From assembly GCA_964016885.1 (NCBI GenBank), contig OZ024740.1, forward strand, positions 46,314,001 through 46,378,000: 64,000 nucleotides of DNA. Direction: 5' to 3'. This DNA comes from Eledone cirrhosa. Taxonomy: Eukaryota. The notes under the pieces were generated by a model. The model saw only the letters and a program-made list of their open reading frames with translations, was not told the DNA's origin and did not search any database. Each line of letters starts with the position of its first letter. The first letter of the stretch is position 1. The position numbers and the translations under genes were made by a program. Shown one piece after another: positions 15,901-30,532 of this stretch.

Positions 15901-16210
15901 GAAGGTTAGTTTTTAGGAAGGGTCCAACAGAAAGAGACATATTATTAAAAATATGTAAAATATTAATTGAAAATCCGAGAGGAAAACGGAGAATTTGACT
16001 TCTAGACTGGCATAAATAGGAGTTTAAAACACTGCTTATTGAGACGACTTTATGAGTAACTTTAGGAGAAGGTTAGTTTTTAGGAAGGGTCCAACAGAAT
16101 GAGACATATTATTAAAAACATGTAAAATAATAATTGAAAATCCGAGAGGAAAACGGAGATTTTGAATTTTAGACTGGCATAAATAGGAGTTTAAAACACT
16201 GCTTATTGAG
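15901..16210. repeat. ~140-bp direct duplication (15901-16042 and 16068-16210) downstream of the hammerhead element; possibly a Penelope-like remnant
   Basis: Two near-identical copies beginning gaaggttagtttttaggaagggtccaacagaa and ending gtttaaaacactgcttattgag. Confidence 0.7.
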
Positions 16211-16239
16211 AAGACTACGGATAAAATAAAATATACATA

Positions 16240-16460
16240 CACACATGTATACATATATATATATAATATATGTATGTAAAAGGTAAACAGAAATAACAAC
16301 ACAATCGGTACAGTATATGGAAGGTATATATTAGGTTAACGCGTGATATAGCAGGAAGAGGGTCTTAACGTTTCGGACGCTAGTCCTTCATCAGAAGAAA
16401 GGATGAGAAATAAAATAGATTAAGGGGAAGGGCGGGATGGGATTGAAAAAAATGTCTTTT
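16240..16460 (-). mobile_element. Penelope-like pseudo-LTR / retrozyme-type repeat carrying a hammerhead (copy 1)
   Basis: Reverse complement closely matches 30533-30720 over ~190 nt and contains the hammerhead core. Confidence 0.7.
16363..16398 (-). ncRNA. Minimal type I hammerhead ribozyme
   Basis: Minus strand reads TCTT-CTGATGA-AGGAC-TAGC-GTCC-GAAA-CGTT-AAGA: stem I TCTT/AAGA, CUGAUGA core, stem II GGAC/GTCC, GAAA, and a palindromic ACGT in place of stem III. Confidence 0.8.
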
Positions 16461-16489
16461 ATATATATATATATATAAATATATTTTCT

Positions 16490-16675
16490 AGGGCGGATAA
16501 AATTCCCGAGATCCATGGACGAGTTCTCTCCAGCGGTCTTTGTCCTTCATTATCGCTGCCATGTCCTGCGTCTCCAACAGACCAGTGTCTGACCTTAGGG
16601 TATCAACATACGTTAACCTTGGTCTTCCTCTCCCAGTGTGTCCATATATGATTTCGCTTCAAGCATAGCGTTATA
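16490..16675 (-). mobile_element. Short 3'-terminal fragment of an RTE/RTE-X-like LINE
   Basis: Minus strand translates [38 protein letters not shown], the GRP...D.....DR..WR C-terminal signature. Confidence 0.6.
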
Positions 16676-16693
16676 CAAATATGTATAGAAATT

Positions 16694-20933
<4,240 letters not shown>

Positions 20934-21162
20934 ATATATATATATATATATATAAATATATAAAACATTTTCCTGGGTCCTGTATTTTCGTTGCTCTAGT
21001 GATGCGGCTGGACTGCCGACCGCTATATATGATTTGCTAAGCTGTCTGAACGTAATGTTATTACTCTGGGGTCTTTCCTCATCTGAGTGTTCAAGCTACA
21101 GACCGATTATGCATATACGCTAGCTTGGCCGTATTCTAAAGCTTCGTCAATGCTGTACTAAA

Positions 21163-21199
<37 letters not shown>

Positions 21200-21379
21200 C
21201 ATGTATATATGTATGTAAGTATGTATGTTTGGATATATGCATGTATGTATGTGTTTATGTGTATATGTGTGTGTATGTGCATATGAGTATATGTGTGTAT
21301 ATGTATGTGTACGCGTGTGGTGTGTGGTGTGTGTGTATGTATGTATGCATGTATGTATGTATATATATATGTATGTGTA

Positions 21380-23790
21380 TGCAGATGAAAGTGCAGATCA
21401 AGGGAAAAGTGAAAGCAGCAGGGGTGTAAATGTCAAAACGTATAGATGTGTCCAAACTGCAAAGTTTAGAATGTAAGATGTTCATCATAATGCACTTGAC
21501 AAAATTGTCTTTGATGGAACTTGGAAACAGTTCAAAACACAGGTTTATGATGCTGGAGTTGATGTACTTGGTTTTAAGAAGACAAAACAAAAAGACTGGT
21601 TTCATGATAATGATACTGCAATCTCCATGCTCATTGAAGAGAAGAAGAAGCTGTATGAGAAGTGCCTAGTTGCAGAAAGCCTTCAAATCAGCAAAGTCAA
21701 AGCTGCAATATAAAACTTGAAAGATGAAGAATAACTGGTGGTCAGATGTTTCAGCAAGATACATAGAACTTATAATTGCAGATACTTGAAGGTGTTATAC
21801 TGCACAATAAGGCAAGTTTTTGGCTCACAGCCCTCAAAAGTGGAACCATTGAAGTCAAAAGATGGGAATGCCCTCAACAAATATGCAGCAGGAATCATGG
21901 GCCAATGGACTGAACACTTTGAAGATCTGTTTGATAATTAGTTTATGAGGAAATCATTAATGGGTGAGATAAGGTCTACTATTAAACATGAGACTGGGTA
22001 GATGCAATGTTGCTATCAATTTACAAAGGCAAGGTCTCCAAGTTTGAATGTGGTGACTATTCTGGTATAAGTTTGCTTGAATCGGTAGGAAAATCCTATT
22101 CAAGGTCCTGCTGAATCGTTTAATAAAATGGATCCATACCAGTGTCATCCCTGAGACACAGTGGGGATTCAGAGCTTATAGAAAAGTGTATGGAGCACTG
22201 AATGCCAATGTACCAAATATTTGTGGACCTCACTAAAACCTTTGATAATGTTAATCATAATGCATTGTGGGTCATATTGGGGAAACTTGGATGCTCTCTT
22301 GAATTTGTTGGAATATTCAAAAACCTCCATCAAAATATGAAGGCAAAAGTGAACTTCAATGGGACACTTTCAGAGTGGAAAATGGTGTTAAGCAGAGCAA
22401 CATACCTGCCCCACTTTGTTCTCCATTTATTTTACCATGCTGCTGATATGTGCCTTCCAAGACTTTGAAATCGGTGTATACTTGTGATTTAGAACTTCTA
22501 TCAAAGTCTTTAATCTAAGATGTTTTAACACCAAGTTCAAAACATTTGGCACTCTTGTCAGGGAATTCCTGTATGTTGATGGTGAAGCTTTTGTGACTCA
22601 CACAGTTGAGGACATGCAGTTGACATTGGACACCTTCTCCAATGCATGCACTGCATTTGGGCTAAATATTAGCATATAAAGAGTCCATATACATTACACC
22701 AGTTGGGGAGGTGTATGTGGAGTCAGACATTTTTGTCGGAGGAAAAATACTTGAAGTATTGGATAGCTTTGTGTATCTCAGAAGTACAATTAGAACAGAT
22801 GACACCCTCAATACTGAAATAAATCACAGGATTGCGAAAGTGAGTTTTGCTTTCAAGAAACTTGAGTAGTGAGTCTGGTCACATCAGAATATCATGAGAG
22901 ACACAAAGCTCTCTGTATATGAGGTCTGTGTTCTTACAGCCCTGTTACACAGATGCAAAATGTGGACAACTTATGGGCATTATATCAAGCAACTGGAAAG
23001 GTTTCATCAGCATTGTATCCAATACATCCTGAACATCAAGTGGTCCTCTTACACACCTGATGATGCTGTACTTGAGAAAGCGAGCAGCATCAGTATTGAA
23101 AAGAGGATTATTATGAACCAGATGTGTTGGGCTGGTCATGTGGTCAGAATGGAAGATGGAAAGCTGCTGAAACAGTTATTTTATGGGGAGCTGACCCGAG
23201 GGAAAAGGCCACTGCATAAACCAAAGAAGTGGTTAGGGATGTCATAAAAGACAATCATAAAGCTCTGAAGATTGATATGGAGAACTGGGAGAGACAGGCT
23301 AATGTCTGTACATCATGGAGAATGATCATCAAGTATGGATGTGATGTCTTAGAGATAAAGGAAGTGTAGCATGCTGTTTTGACATATTCACCCAAGAGAC
23401 CCAAGTGCAGTGCTTGCAAAATTCCAGCAGGTATTGAGGTGCAATGTGTGTGGACGATTTCTTCTATCACAAACTGGATTTGTCAACCATCTAAAGAGAC
23501 ACGAGCCAGGGAGAAATCAAACCACTTGTGGGATGGTTCTACCACCACGTCTCTGCAGTACATTTACAATGAGTGTGGCTTAATTTGCAAGTCAGCGGGT
23601 GGACTGACCACACATGGTAAAATGCAAGAAGACACATCCCAGCCGGTAATGTCAGGAGACAGACAGTTCAAGTGTCATATCTGTGAATGTGATTTCAAAA
23701 CAAAAGCTGGTTTGAAAAGTCACCTGCGTGCACATGATCTTGCAATGTTCAATAAAGGGATGGCACTCTTCTGACAAGAAGTAGCAATCA
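21380..23790 (+). mobile_element. Heavily degraded RTE-BovB-like LINE with C-terminal C2H2 zinc fingers
   Basis: Fragments FVDLTKTFDNVNH..LW.ILGKLGC; TKLSVY..CVLTALL...W; W.GHVVRMEDGKLLKQLFYGEL..GKR; ECGLICKSAGGLTTH and CHICECDFKTKAGLKSHLRAH. Confidence 0.85.
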
Positions 23791-23944
23791 GCATGCATAT
23801 GTATGTATGTATGTATGTATGTTCTTCTGGTTTTATAATTTCACAAAGTTTTACCAATAGAGAGAGAGTTGGTTTCTAACATAGACACAAGACTCTCTCA
23901 TTGGAATTTACACAACATCAACTAGGTAGATATGTATGTATGTA

Positions 23945-25209
23945 TGCATGTGTAAATATGGATGTTATTGTATGTGTGGATGTGGATGTTTTGAGTTGTA
24001 TGTGTGCATATGTATATGCTTTGTATCTGTACATGTGTATATGCAGTTATTAGATGCAAAATTTCTGGAATGTTTTACATATTTTTACTCTTCCATTAAT
24101 GGATTGTACTTGTAATTTCCTAACTAGTTGTGTTCTTTCTGTTCCTGTGAAGCCTAGCTTCTCAAGATTTGTATTGAGACAGTTACTGACATACCCCAGT
24201 GCCCCAATAATCACAGGCATAAATCTGAAGGTGTAATCAGGGTGGAGTAGCTGCAGATTTCTCATCAGTTCTGCATAAATATTCTCCTTTTCACTAATCT
24301 TTGATATTATATTGGCATCTGCTGGGCAGCTAATTTCCACTACTGTGCATGCTTTCTTCTCCCTGTCCCATATCATAATATCTGGTCTGTTATGGCTGCA
24401 TTTTATTGGGGTTTTTACTGGAACATTCCACCAGTATTCTTTCATATTATGTACATGGATGTCTTCCACATTGCTGTAGCTTTTAATGTGTTTATTATCG
24501 GGGCTATCTTTTTTACGAACTGCGTTGTACAGTGTTTTGGCCACTACATCATGCCTCATAGGTAAATAGTACCGCAATGACATCTTTGGACAGCTGATGA
24601 TGACATGGGTGATATCCTCGATGTTAGTTCTGCAGAGTCTGCACTTGTTATCACATCTAGGTGTTTTGCCTGCATCCCTATCTCTTTTGTGAATCAGGTA
24701 TTTCATGTTAATCTCCTGTTCTTGGATTGCAAAAGCGTATCCTTCAAAGTGGGAGCCAATATAGCGGTTGTTGGTCCAAGATAGACTACTTTCCTTATGT
24801 ATATTACTCTCACTCTGGAGCTTCCTGGCAACATATCCATGCATGATTTTTTGCTGATAAGCATGCAGTTTTTCATCCATGGATACTGCGATACTGCTGA
24901 GCGACATCCTTGGGTGTGAGTTTTTGATTATCACACAGGGAATATCTCTCGAGGAGTTCCTTCCCAACTCTCATAATCTTATCTGTTTCATGCAGATAGA
25001 CTTGCTCGAGAAACAGGCTCCTACGCTTCGAGGTTCGTAGATGTTGTCGGAGAGATATGATGCGACATTCAAATGTTGTCTGGACTGATGTTAGGGTTCT
25101 GCCTCCCTGCTTACGTTTCAAGTAAAGGCGGTCTATGTCACTGTTGATGTGGAAGTTTCCGGTGTTGTTTAATATTTTTCGAGTTCCAACATCAACTGCA
25201 CGGATTTCG
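23945..25209 (-). mobile_element. 5'-truncated R4/Dong-clade non-LTR retrotransposon (CCHC plus RLE)
   Basis: MHG, AIQEQEI, CRLC...EDITHVIISC, RHDVVAK, HNRPDI..D......VEISCP, PVIIGALG, plus upstream R..GGR.L. Bounded by (CATA)n at both ends. Confidence 0.88.
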
Positions 25210-26111
25210 TATGTATGTATGTATGTATGAGAGATGACTCCTTAGCCTTTGTCAAGGCAGATTTCTAGGAGAAGGAAAACTCTGATATAACACCTGCAAC
25301 CCTGATGGTATCCAATGATGTTGACTTGTTCTTCTTTTTGGTAAATATTATCTCTGTTAAGAGAGTGGGACTGGCTTTGTGCAGTGCCTTTGCTCACTAT
25401 AAAAGCTTCACGGCACAGGCATTGCTTTATATCTGGAGATCTCTCTGCACTTGTCGTCACATAGTACCATGGGCCCAGCACTATGTGTCAGTAATTGTCA
25501 CAAGTGTAGTGTTTGTACCAGAGTTTTCAAGTCGCTGGCTGGACTAAAAAGTCACACTCGTTCAGCACATCGCTAGGGGTTCTCCTACATGGATATAAAG
25601 TAGTGGCCGTACTCGAAAACGAGTTGGCAGCCACCATGTATGTATGCATGTATGTATGTATGTATGTATGTGTATGTATGTATGAATGAATGTATGTATA
25701 TATAGGGACTATTAAATCTCTCCCAAGGTAAATCTATTAAATCTCTCCCAAGGTAACTCTCTCTTGTGTTGTTATTTTTATTTTATCCTTTATACTCTTC
25801 CCTTCTTTCTTCTACACATTTACACATCTTATACACACCACGCATCTCAACGTACACCCACTTACATCTCTCTCGCCACCACCGGATCTTGTTACCCGGA
25901 GATTTACCCATTTGCATTGTCGAGGCTTCCAAACGACTTAAAGATATTTACTTATTATTCCACAATGCTTCAAGCAAACTTCAATACTCTCGAATGTATG
26001 TATGTATATATGTGAGTATGTGTATATATATGTGTGTGTGTATGTAAGTGTGTGTATGTATGCATGTGTGTATGTATGTATTTAAGTATGTATTCATGCA
26101 TGTATGTATAT

Positions 26112-29100
26112 ATCATCATCATCATCATCATCATCAACGTTTAACGTCCGTGTTCCACGCTTGCATGGGTTTGGACGGGGGCAGTCCCACTTGAGGCAAG
26201 ATTGATTGTCTTGCTCGCATAGGACTGTCTGGCAGGTTTTCTACAGTTGGATGCCCTTCCTAACACCAACCACATTTACAGTGTGGGTCTGGGAGGTTTT
26301 TACCGTGTTGCCTACACGGCCACATTACAGCGTGGACTGTGTGTTTTTTGTCGTGACACCTACACGATCTCATTTGTTTCGGCCTGGATGGTGTGGCACC
26401 AACACAACTTTACATAGAACGGGGTGGCGTGGATGGGGTGGGGGTGGTGGGACGGGAGGGGGTATTTTGTTAGAGATGCCTACTGGCTGTAGTAGGTTTT
26501 ACTATGTATTTAGGTAAGGCGGGTCTTCTCTGTTACTGAGTACCGCCAAAGGTCTCGGTCCAGTGACATTGTCTTGGAGAGGTGTAAGTGTGTGAGGTCG
26601 GAGTTTATCAGCTCGTCCCAGGTTTTTCTAGGTCTGCCTATTCCGTGGCTACCGTCTATCTTTATTGCCCTGCACTTTGTTATACAGCTATCGACTTTCA
26701 TGCGCATCACGTGTCCATACCAACGTAGCCTTCTCTCGAGTAAACAACATCTGATCCCTCTTATTTCTAATTTTTTCCTTAGTTCGTTTATGCTTTGCCG
26801 TTCACGTATATTACTGTTACACATCCAGCGGAGCATGCAAGCTTCGTTCCTCTCTAGTCTGCGTATATCCTCTGCACACAATGCCCAGGTCTCACTGCCA
26901 TGCAACATTGCTGTTCGTATGCAGGCATCGTACAACCTGCCTTTCATTTTTAGGGAGAACCCTTTAGCAGCTAATAGTGGTATAAGCTCTCTGAACTTTT
27001 TCCAACCAGTTCTGACTCTAGCTACTGTACTTTCAGAGCACCCTCCCCCACTGCTGATTTTATCACCCAGGTAACGGAAACTGTCCACTATTTCTATAGA
27101 ACCCTCTGCGCAATTGAAAGAGCTAGTATTTTGTGGGCACTTGCTGCTACTTATTGCACCAGAGCACCGGCCACATGTAAAATCTATGTTCTTAGTTAGG
27201 TTACCTGTGATCCCACTACATCTTTTATGCACCCATACTTTGCATTTAGGACATAAAATGGAGTTTCTACCTACGCCTTTCCTACACACCGAGCACGACC
27301 ATTTCCCAGAAGGGACCGCCGCCTTATTTTCTTTCCTACAAACTAGAACTTTAGTCTTAGCCAGGTTAATTTTAAGGCCTTTTGATTCTAGGCCGTGCTT
27401 CCATGTTTGGAATTTCTTCTCTAGCTCGGCCATTGATTCCGCTATGAGTGTCAGGTCGTCTGCGTATAGGAGTTCCCATGGGCAGCCGGTCTTGAACTCC
27501 TCTGTTATAGCCTGAAGGGCAATAATAAATAGTAGGGGGCTGAGAACAGAGCCCTGATGGACGCCAACTTTTACGCTAAACTCTTCACTATATTCGTTGT
27601 TAATTCTAACCTTGCTGACTGTTTCTTTATACATGGCTTGTATAGCTCTCACAAGCCATTCGTCAACGCCTAGTTTTCTAAGAGCCCACCAGATAATGGA
27701 GCGGGGGACTCTGTCGAAGGCTTTCTCCAAGTCGACAAAAGCTAAGTAGAGGGGTTTACCTTTAGCTAGGTACTTCTCCTGTAGTTGTCGTACAATGAAA
27801 AGAGCGTCTGTGGTACTTTTGCCTGACACAAACCCGAACTGCATTTCATCTAGGTCAATTCTCTCTCTGATTAGTTGTGCTATTACTTTTTCCGTGACCT
27901 TCATGACCTGGTCGATTAATTTAATGCCTCTATAGTTACTCCTATCTAGGGCGTCTCCTTTACCCTTATAACAGTTAACGATGATGCTGCTATGCCAGTC
28001 CTTCGGAACAACCCCATTCTGTACGACTTGGTTAATTATGCGGGTGACCATGGTGTGTCCCACCGTGCCAGATGCCTTCAGCATCTCAGCAACTATTTCC
28101 GAAGGCCCAGCCGCCTTACCCGTCTTCATATCCTTGATTGCCTTACTTATTATACTCCCCTCGACTAACACTGCTGGTCCCTCTATTGGGTCGATATGGG
28201 GGAGACTGTCTTTCTCCCATTTATTCTCCTCATTTAGTAGCCTTTCATAGTGACACTTCCAAGCTACCTTCTTATCAGCGTCGGTGATGGCAAGTGTGCC
28301 ATCGTCGTTAAGTACACACTTCTCCCCGACAATATCACGGTTTTCCTTGACGCATTGCCTAGCAATCCTGAACACCTCACGTTTTTGGTCATCGCGTTGT
28401 AGAACATGCTTGAACTTTCTTTCCTCAGCTTCCCTTCTTGCTAAGTACACTTGTCTCCTAGCTTCCCTCCTGGCCACTTGATAGTCTTCTCTACTTCCCC
28501 CATCCCGCCATACTTTCCAAGCCTGCTTTTTGGCCTTAATTGACCCCTCCACCTTACTGTTCCACCACCATGTTACTCTCCTCCTGCCTACAGGCCTGCT
28601 CCAGCCACAGACTTCGTCTGTCGCCAACAGCAGGTTTGCTTTCAGAAATTCCCACTCTCCCTCTATATTGTCCGACTCTAAATGTTCTTCCTTACTGTCG
28701 AAAGCATCAAGTAATATGCTTTGAAATTTATTCCTGGCTGTGGGGTCCTTTAGCTTCCATATTTTTCTCCTGAGGATAGTCCTCTTCTGCTGTCGAGTAC
28801 ATCTCGTCCTGACTATGAGGTCGCTAATTATCAGTCTATGTTGGGAGGTGCATTCTTCATGGGGGAGGGATTTAGTGTTTACAACAGACACTCTGTCACG
28901 TCTTCTGGTAAGGATATAATCTACCTGGCTTGTGTGTTCCCCGGATCTATAGGTGATCAGGTGATTGTCACGTTTTTTGAAGTTAGTGTTACAGATAGTT
29001 AGGTTATTTGCATCACAGAATTCCAGGATTCTGGAGCCTTCCTCATTTCTAGTACCAAACCCATAGCCTCCATGGATTTCGTCGTAGCCGTCACAATGTT

Positions 29101-29434
29101 GTCCAACGTGACCATTTAGGTCGCCTGCAATAATTATATAGTCACTGTCGGATATTTGGGAGGTAGTTAGCATCAGTGTCTCATAGAATCTGTCTTTTAT
29201 AGTCCGGATTGGGGTGCGTACGCAGATATTACTGTCACCGTAGTTCTATTGAGGACAAGTCGTATTTTAATTATTCTGTCGTTCACTCTATTTACGTCTA
29301 TTATCTTATCTGCCCACTTTTCTGCTACCATGATTCCTACTCCACCCAGCCCATCGTCGTTTCCCACCCAGAAAAGCTTATAACATCGTTTTTTACCCTC
29401 AATGAATCTAGCAGACCCACCCCTCCACCTGATG
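26112..29434 (-). mobile_element. RTE-clade LINE, nearly full ORF, 5'-truncated within the endonuclease; (GAT)n tail
   Basis: 887-aa ORF plus an upstream frameshifted EN segment (IRWRGGSARFIEG...YKLFWVG...GVGI...RII...ISAYAPQSGL). 3' end GGACGTTAAACGTTGATGATG. Confidence 0.97.
26510..29173 (-). CDS. RTE LINE polyprotein remnant: C-terminal part of AP endonuclease, reverse transcriptase and PHD-like Cys-rich insert (true start lost)
   Basis: GDLNGHVG, SQVDYIL, SQHRL (EN); YRGIKL, FVDLEKAFD, QGSVLSP, LLYADD (RT); CSVC..CPKC...HKRC..CGRC; RRLRWYGHVMRM; GRPRKTW. Confidence 0.9.
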   Translation of the reverse strand: MLTTSQISDSDYIIIAGDLNGHVGQHCDGYDEIHGGYGFGTRNEEGSRILEFCDANNLTICNTNFKKRDNHLITYRSGEHTSQVDYILTRRRDRVSVVNTKSLPHEECTSQHRLIISDLIVRTRCTRQQKRTILRRKIWKLKDPTARNKFQSILLDAFDSKEEHLESDNIEGEWEFLKANLLLATDEVCGWSRPVGRRRVTWWWNSKVEGSIKAKKQAWKVWRDGGSREDYQVARREARRQVYLARREAEERKFKHVLQRDDQKREVFRIARQCVKENRDIVGEKCVLNDDGTLAITDADKKVAWKCHYERLLNEENKWEKDSLPHIDPIEGPAVLVEGSIISKAIKDMKTGKAAGPSEIVAEMLKASGTVGHTMVTRIINQVVQNGVVPKDWHSSIIVNCYKGKGDALDRSNYRGIKLIDQVMKVTEKVIAQLIRERIDLDEMQFGFVSGKSTTDALFIVRQLQEKYLAKGKPLYLAFVDLEKAFDRVPRSIIWWALRKLGVDEWLVRAIQAMYKETVSKVRINNEYSEEFSVKVGVHQGSVLSPLLFIIALQAITEEFKTGCPWELLYADDLTLIAESMAELEKKFQTWKHGLESKGLKINLAKTKVLVCRKENKAAVPSGKWSCSVCRKGVGRNSILCPKCKVWVHKRCSGITGNLTKNIDFTCGRCSGAISSSKCPQNTSSFNCAEGSIEIVDSFRYLGDKISSGGGCSESTVARVRTGWKKFRELIPLLAAKGFSLKMKGRLYDACIRTAMLHGSETWALCAEDIRRLERNEACMLRWMCNSNIRERQSINELRKKLEIRGIRCCLLERRLRWYGHVMRMKVDSCITKCRAIKIDGSHGIGRPRKTWDELINSDLTHLHLSKTMSLDRDLWRYSVTEKTRLT

Positions 29435-29624
29435 TGTGTGTGTGTGTGAGTATGTGTATATATATATATATGTATGCATGTATGTGTATTGATATATATA
29501 TGTGTGTGTATGTATGTGTATGCATATATGTGTGTGTATGTATGTGTGTATTAGCCAGCAGGACTGTTAATGTATTGAGATGTATTAAATGACTAGAAGT
29601 TTAGCTTCATTGTTGACTTAACTA

Positions 29625-30240
29625 TAACACAATAACATAGCACTACAACATAGCACCACAACAACAACACACCACAACACAACAACACAACACCACAACA
29701 AGACAACAACAACACAGCATCACAACAACACACTACAACACAACAACACACCACAACAGCAACACACCACAACAGCAACACAACAACACACCACAACAAC
29801 AAGACAACAACAACACAGCACCACAACAACACACCACAACAACAACAACACAGCACCACAACAACACACCACAACAACACACCACAACAACAACACAACA
29901 CCACAACAACACACCGCAACAACAACACAGCACCACAACAACACTACACCACAACACAACACACCACAACACAACAACACACCACAACAACACAACAACA
30001 CACCACAACAACACAACACCACAACAAGACAGCAACAGACAACAACAACACACCACAACAACACACCACAACAACACCCCACAACAACAACACACCACAA
30101 CAACAACACACCACAACAACACACCACAACACAGCACCACAACAAGACAACAACACCACACAACAACACTAACGACACAACACCCTAACAACACAACACA
30201 ACAACACTAACGACACAACACCTTAATAACACAACACAAT
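29625..30240. repeat. Degenerate (CAA/CAC)n low-complexity tract
   Basis: Direct sequence. Confidence 0.95.
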
Positions 30241-30532
30241 TACTCCAGGAGTGAAGTAATCTGACTAGCTCATGACAAAAGTGCTAAGTTACAGTTAGTG
30301 GGCTGTTTACATATAATATTACTACTACTAGAAGTCTACAGTAAAAATATATAGTGCTCAAGATCATTTCATATAATAAAAGGAAACAGAGATAGCCAAT
30401 ATATATGTATGTGAGAGTGTGTGTGTGTGTGTATGTGTGTATGCATATGTGCATATGTGTATGTATTTATATGTATGCATGTAGTTGTGTGTGTGTGTAT
30501 ATATCAATAAGAATGGACCTGTTATCTTTATC

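Noticed and set aside
23379-23774. Host C2H2 zinc-finger gene
   Set aside because: Collinear with and on the same strand as the decayed RTE ORF, followed by a microsatellite tail; no clear exon structure.
29593-30194. Cys/Val-rich 'metallothionein/keratin-like' ORFs
   Set aside because: Translations of the (GTT/GTG)n low-complexity strand; open in several frames.
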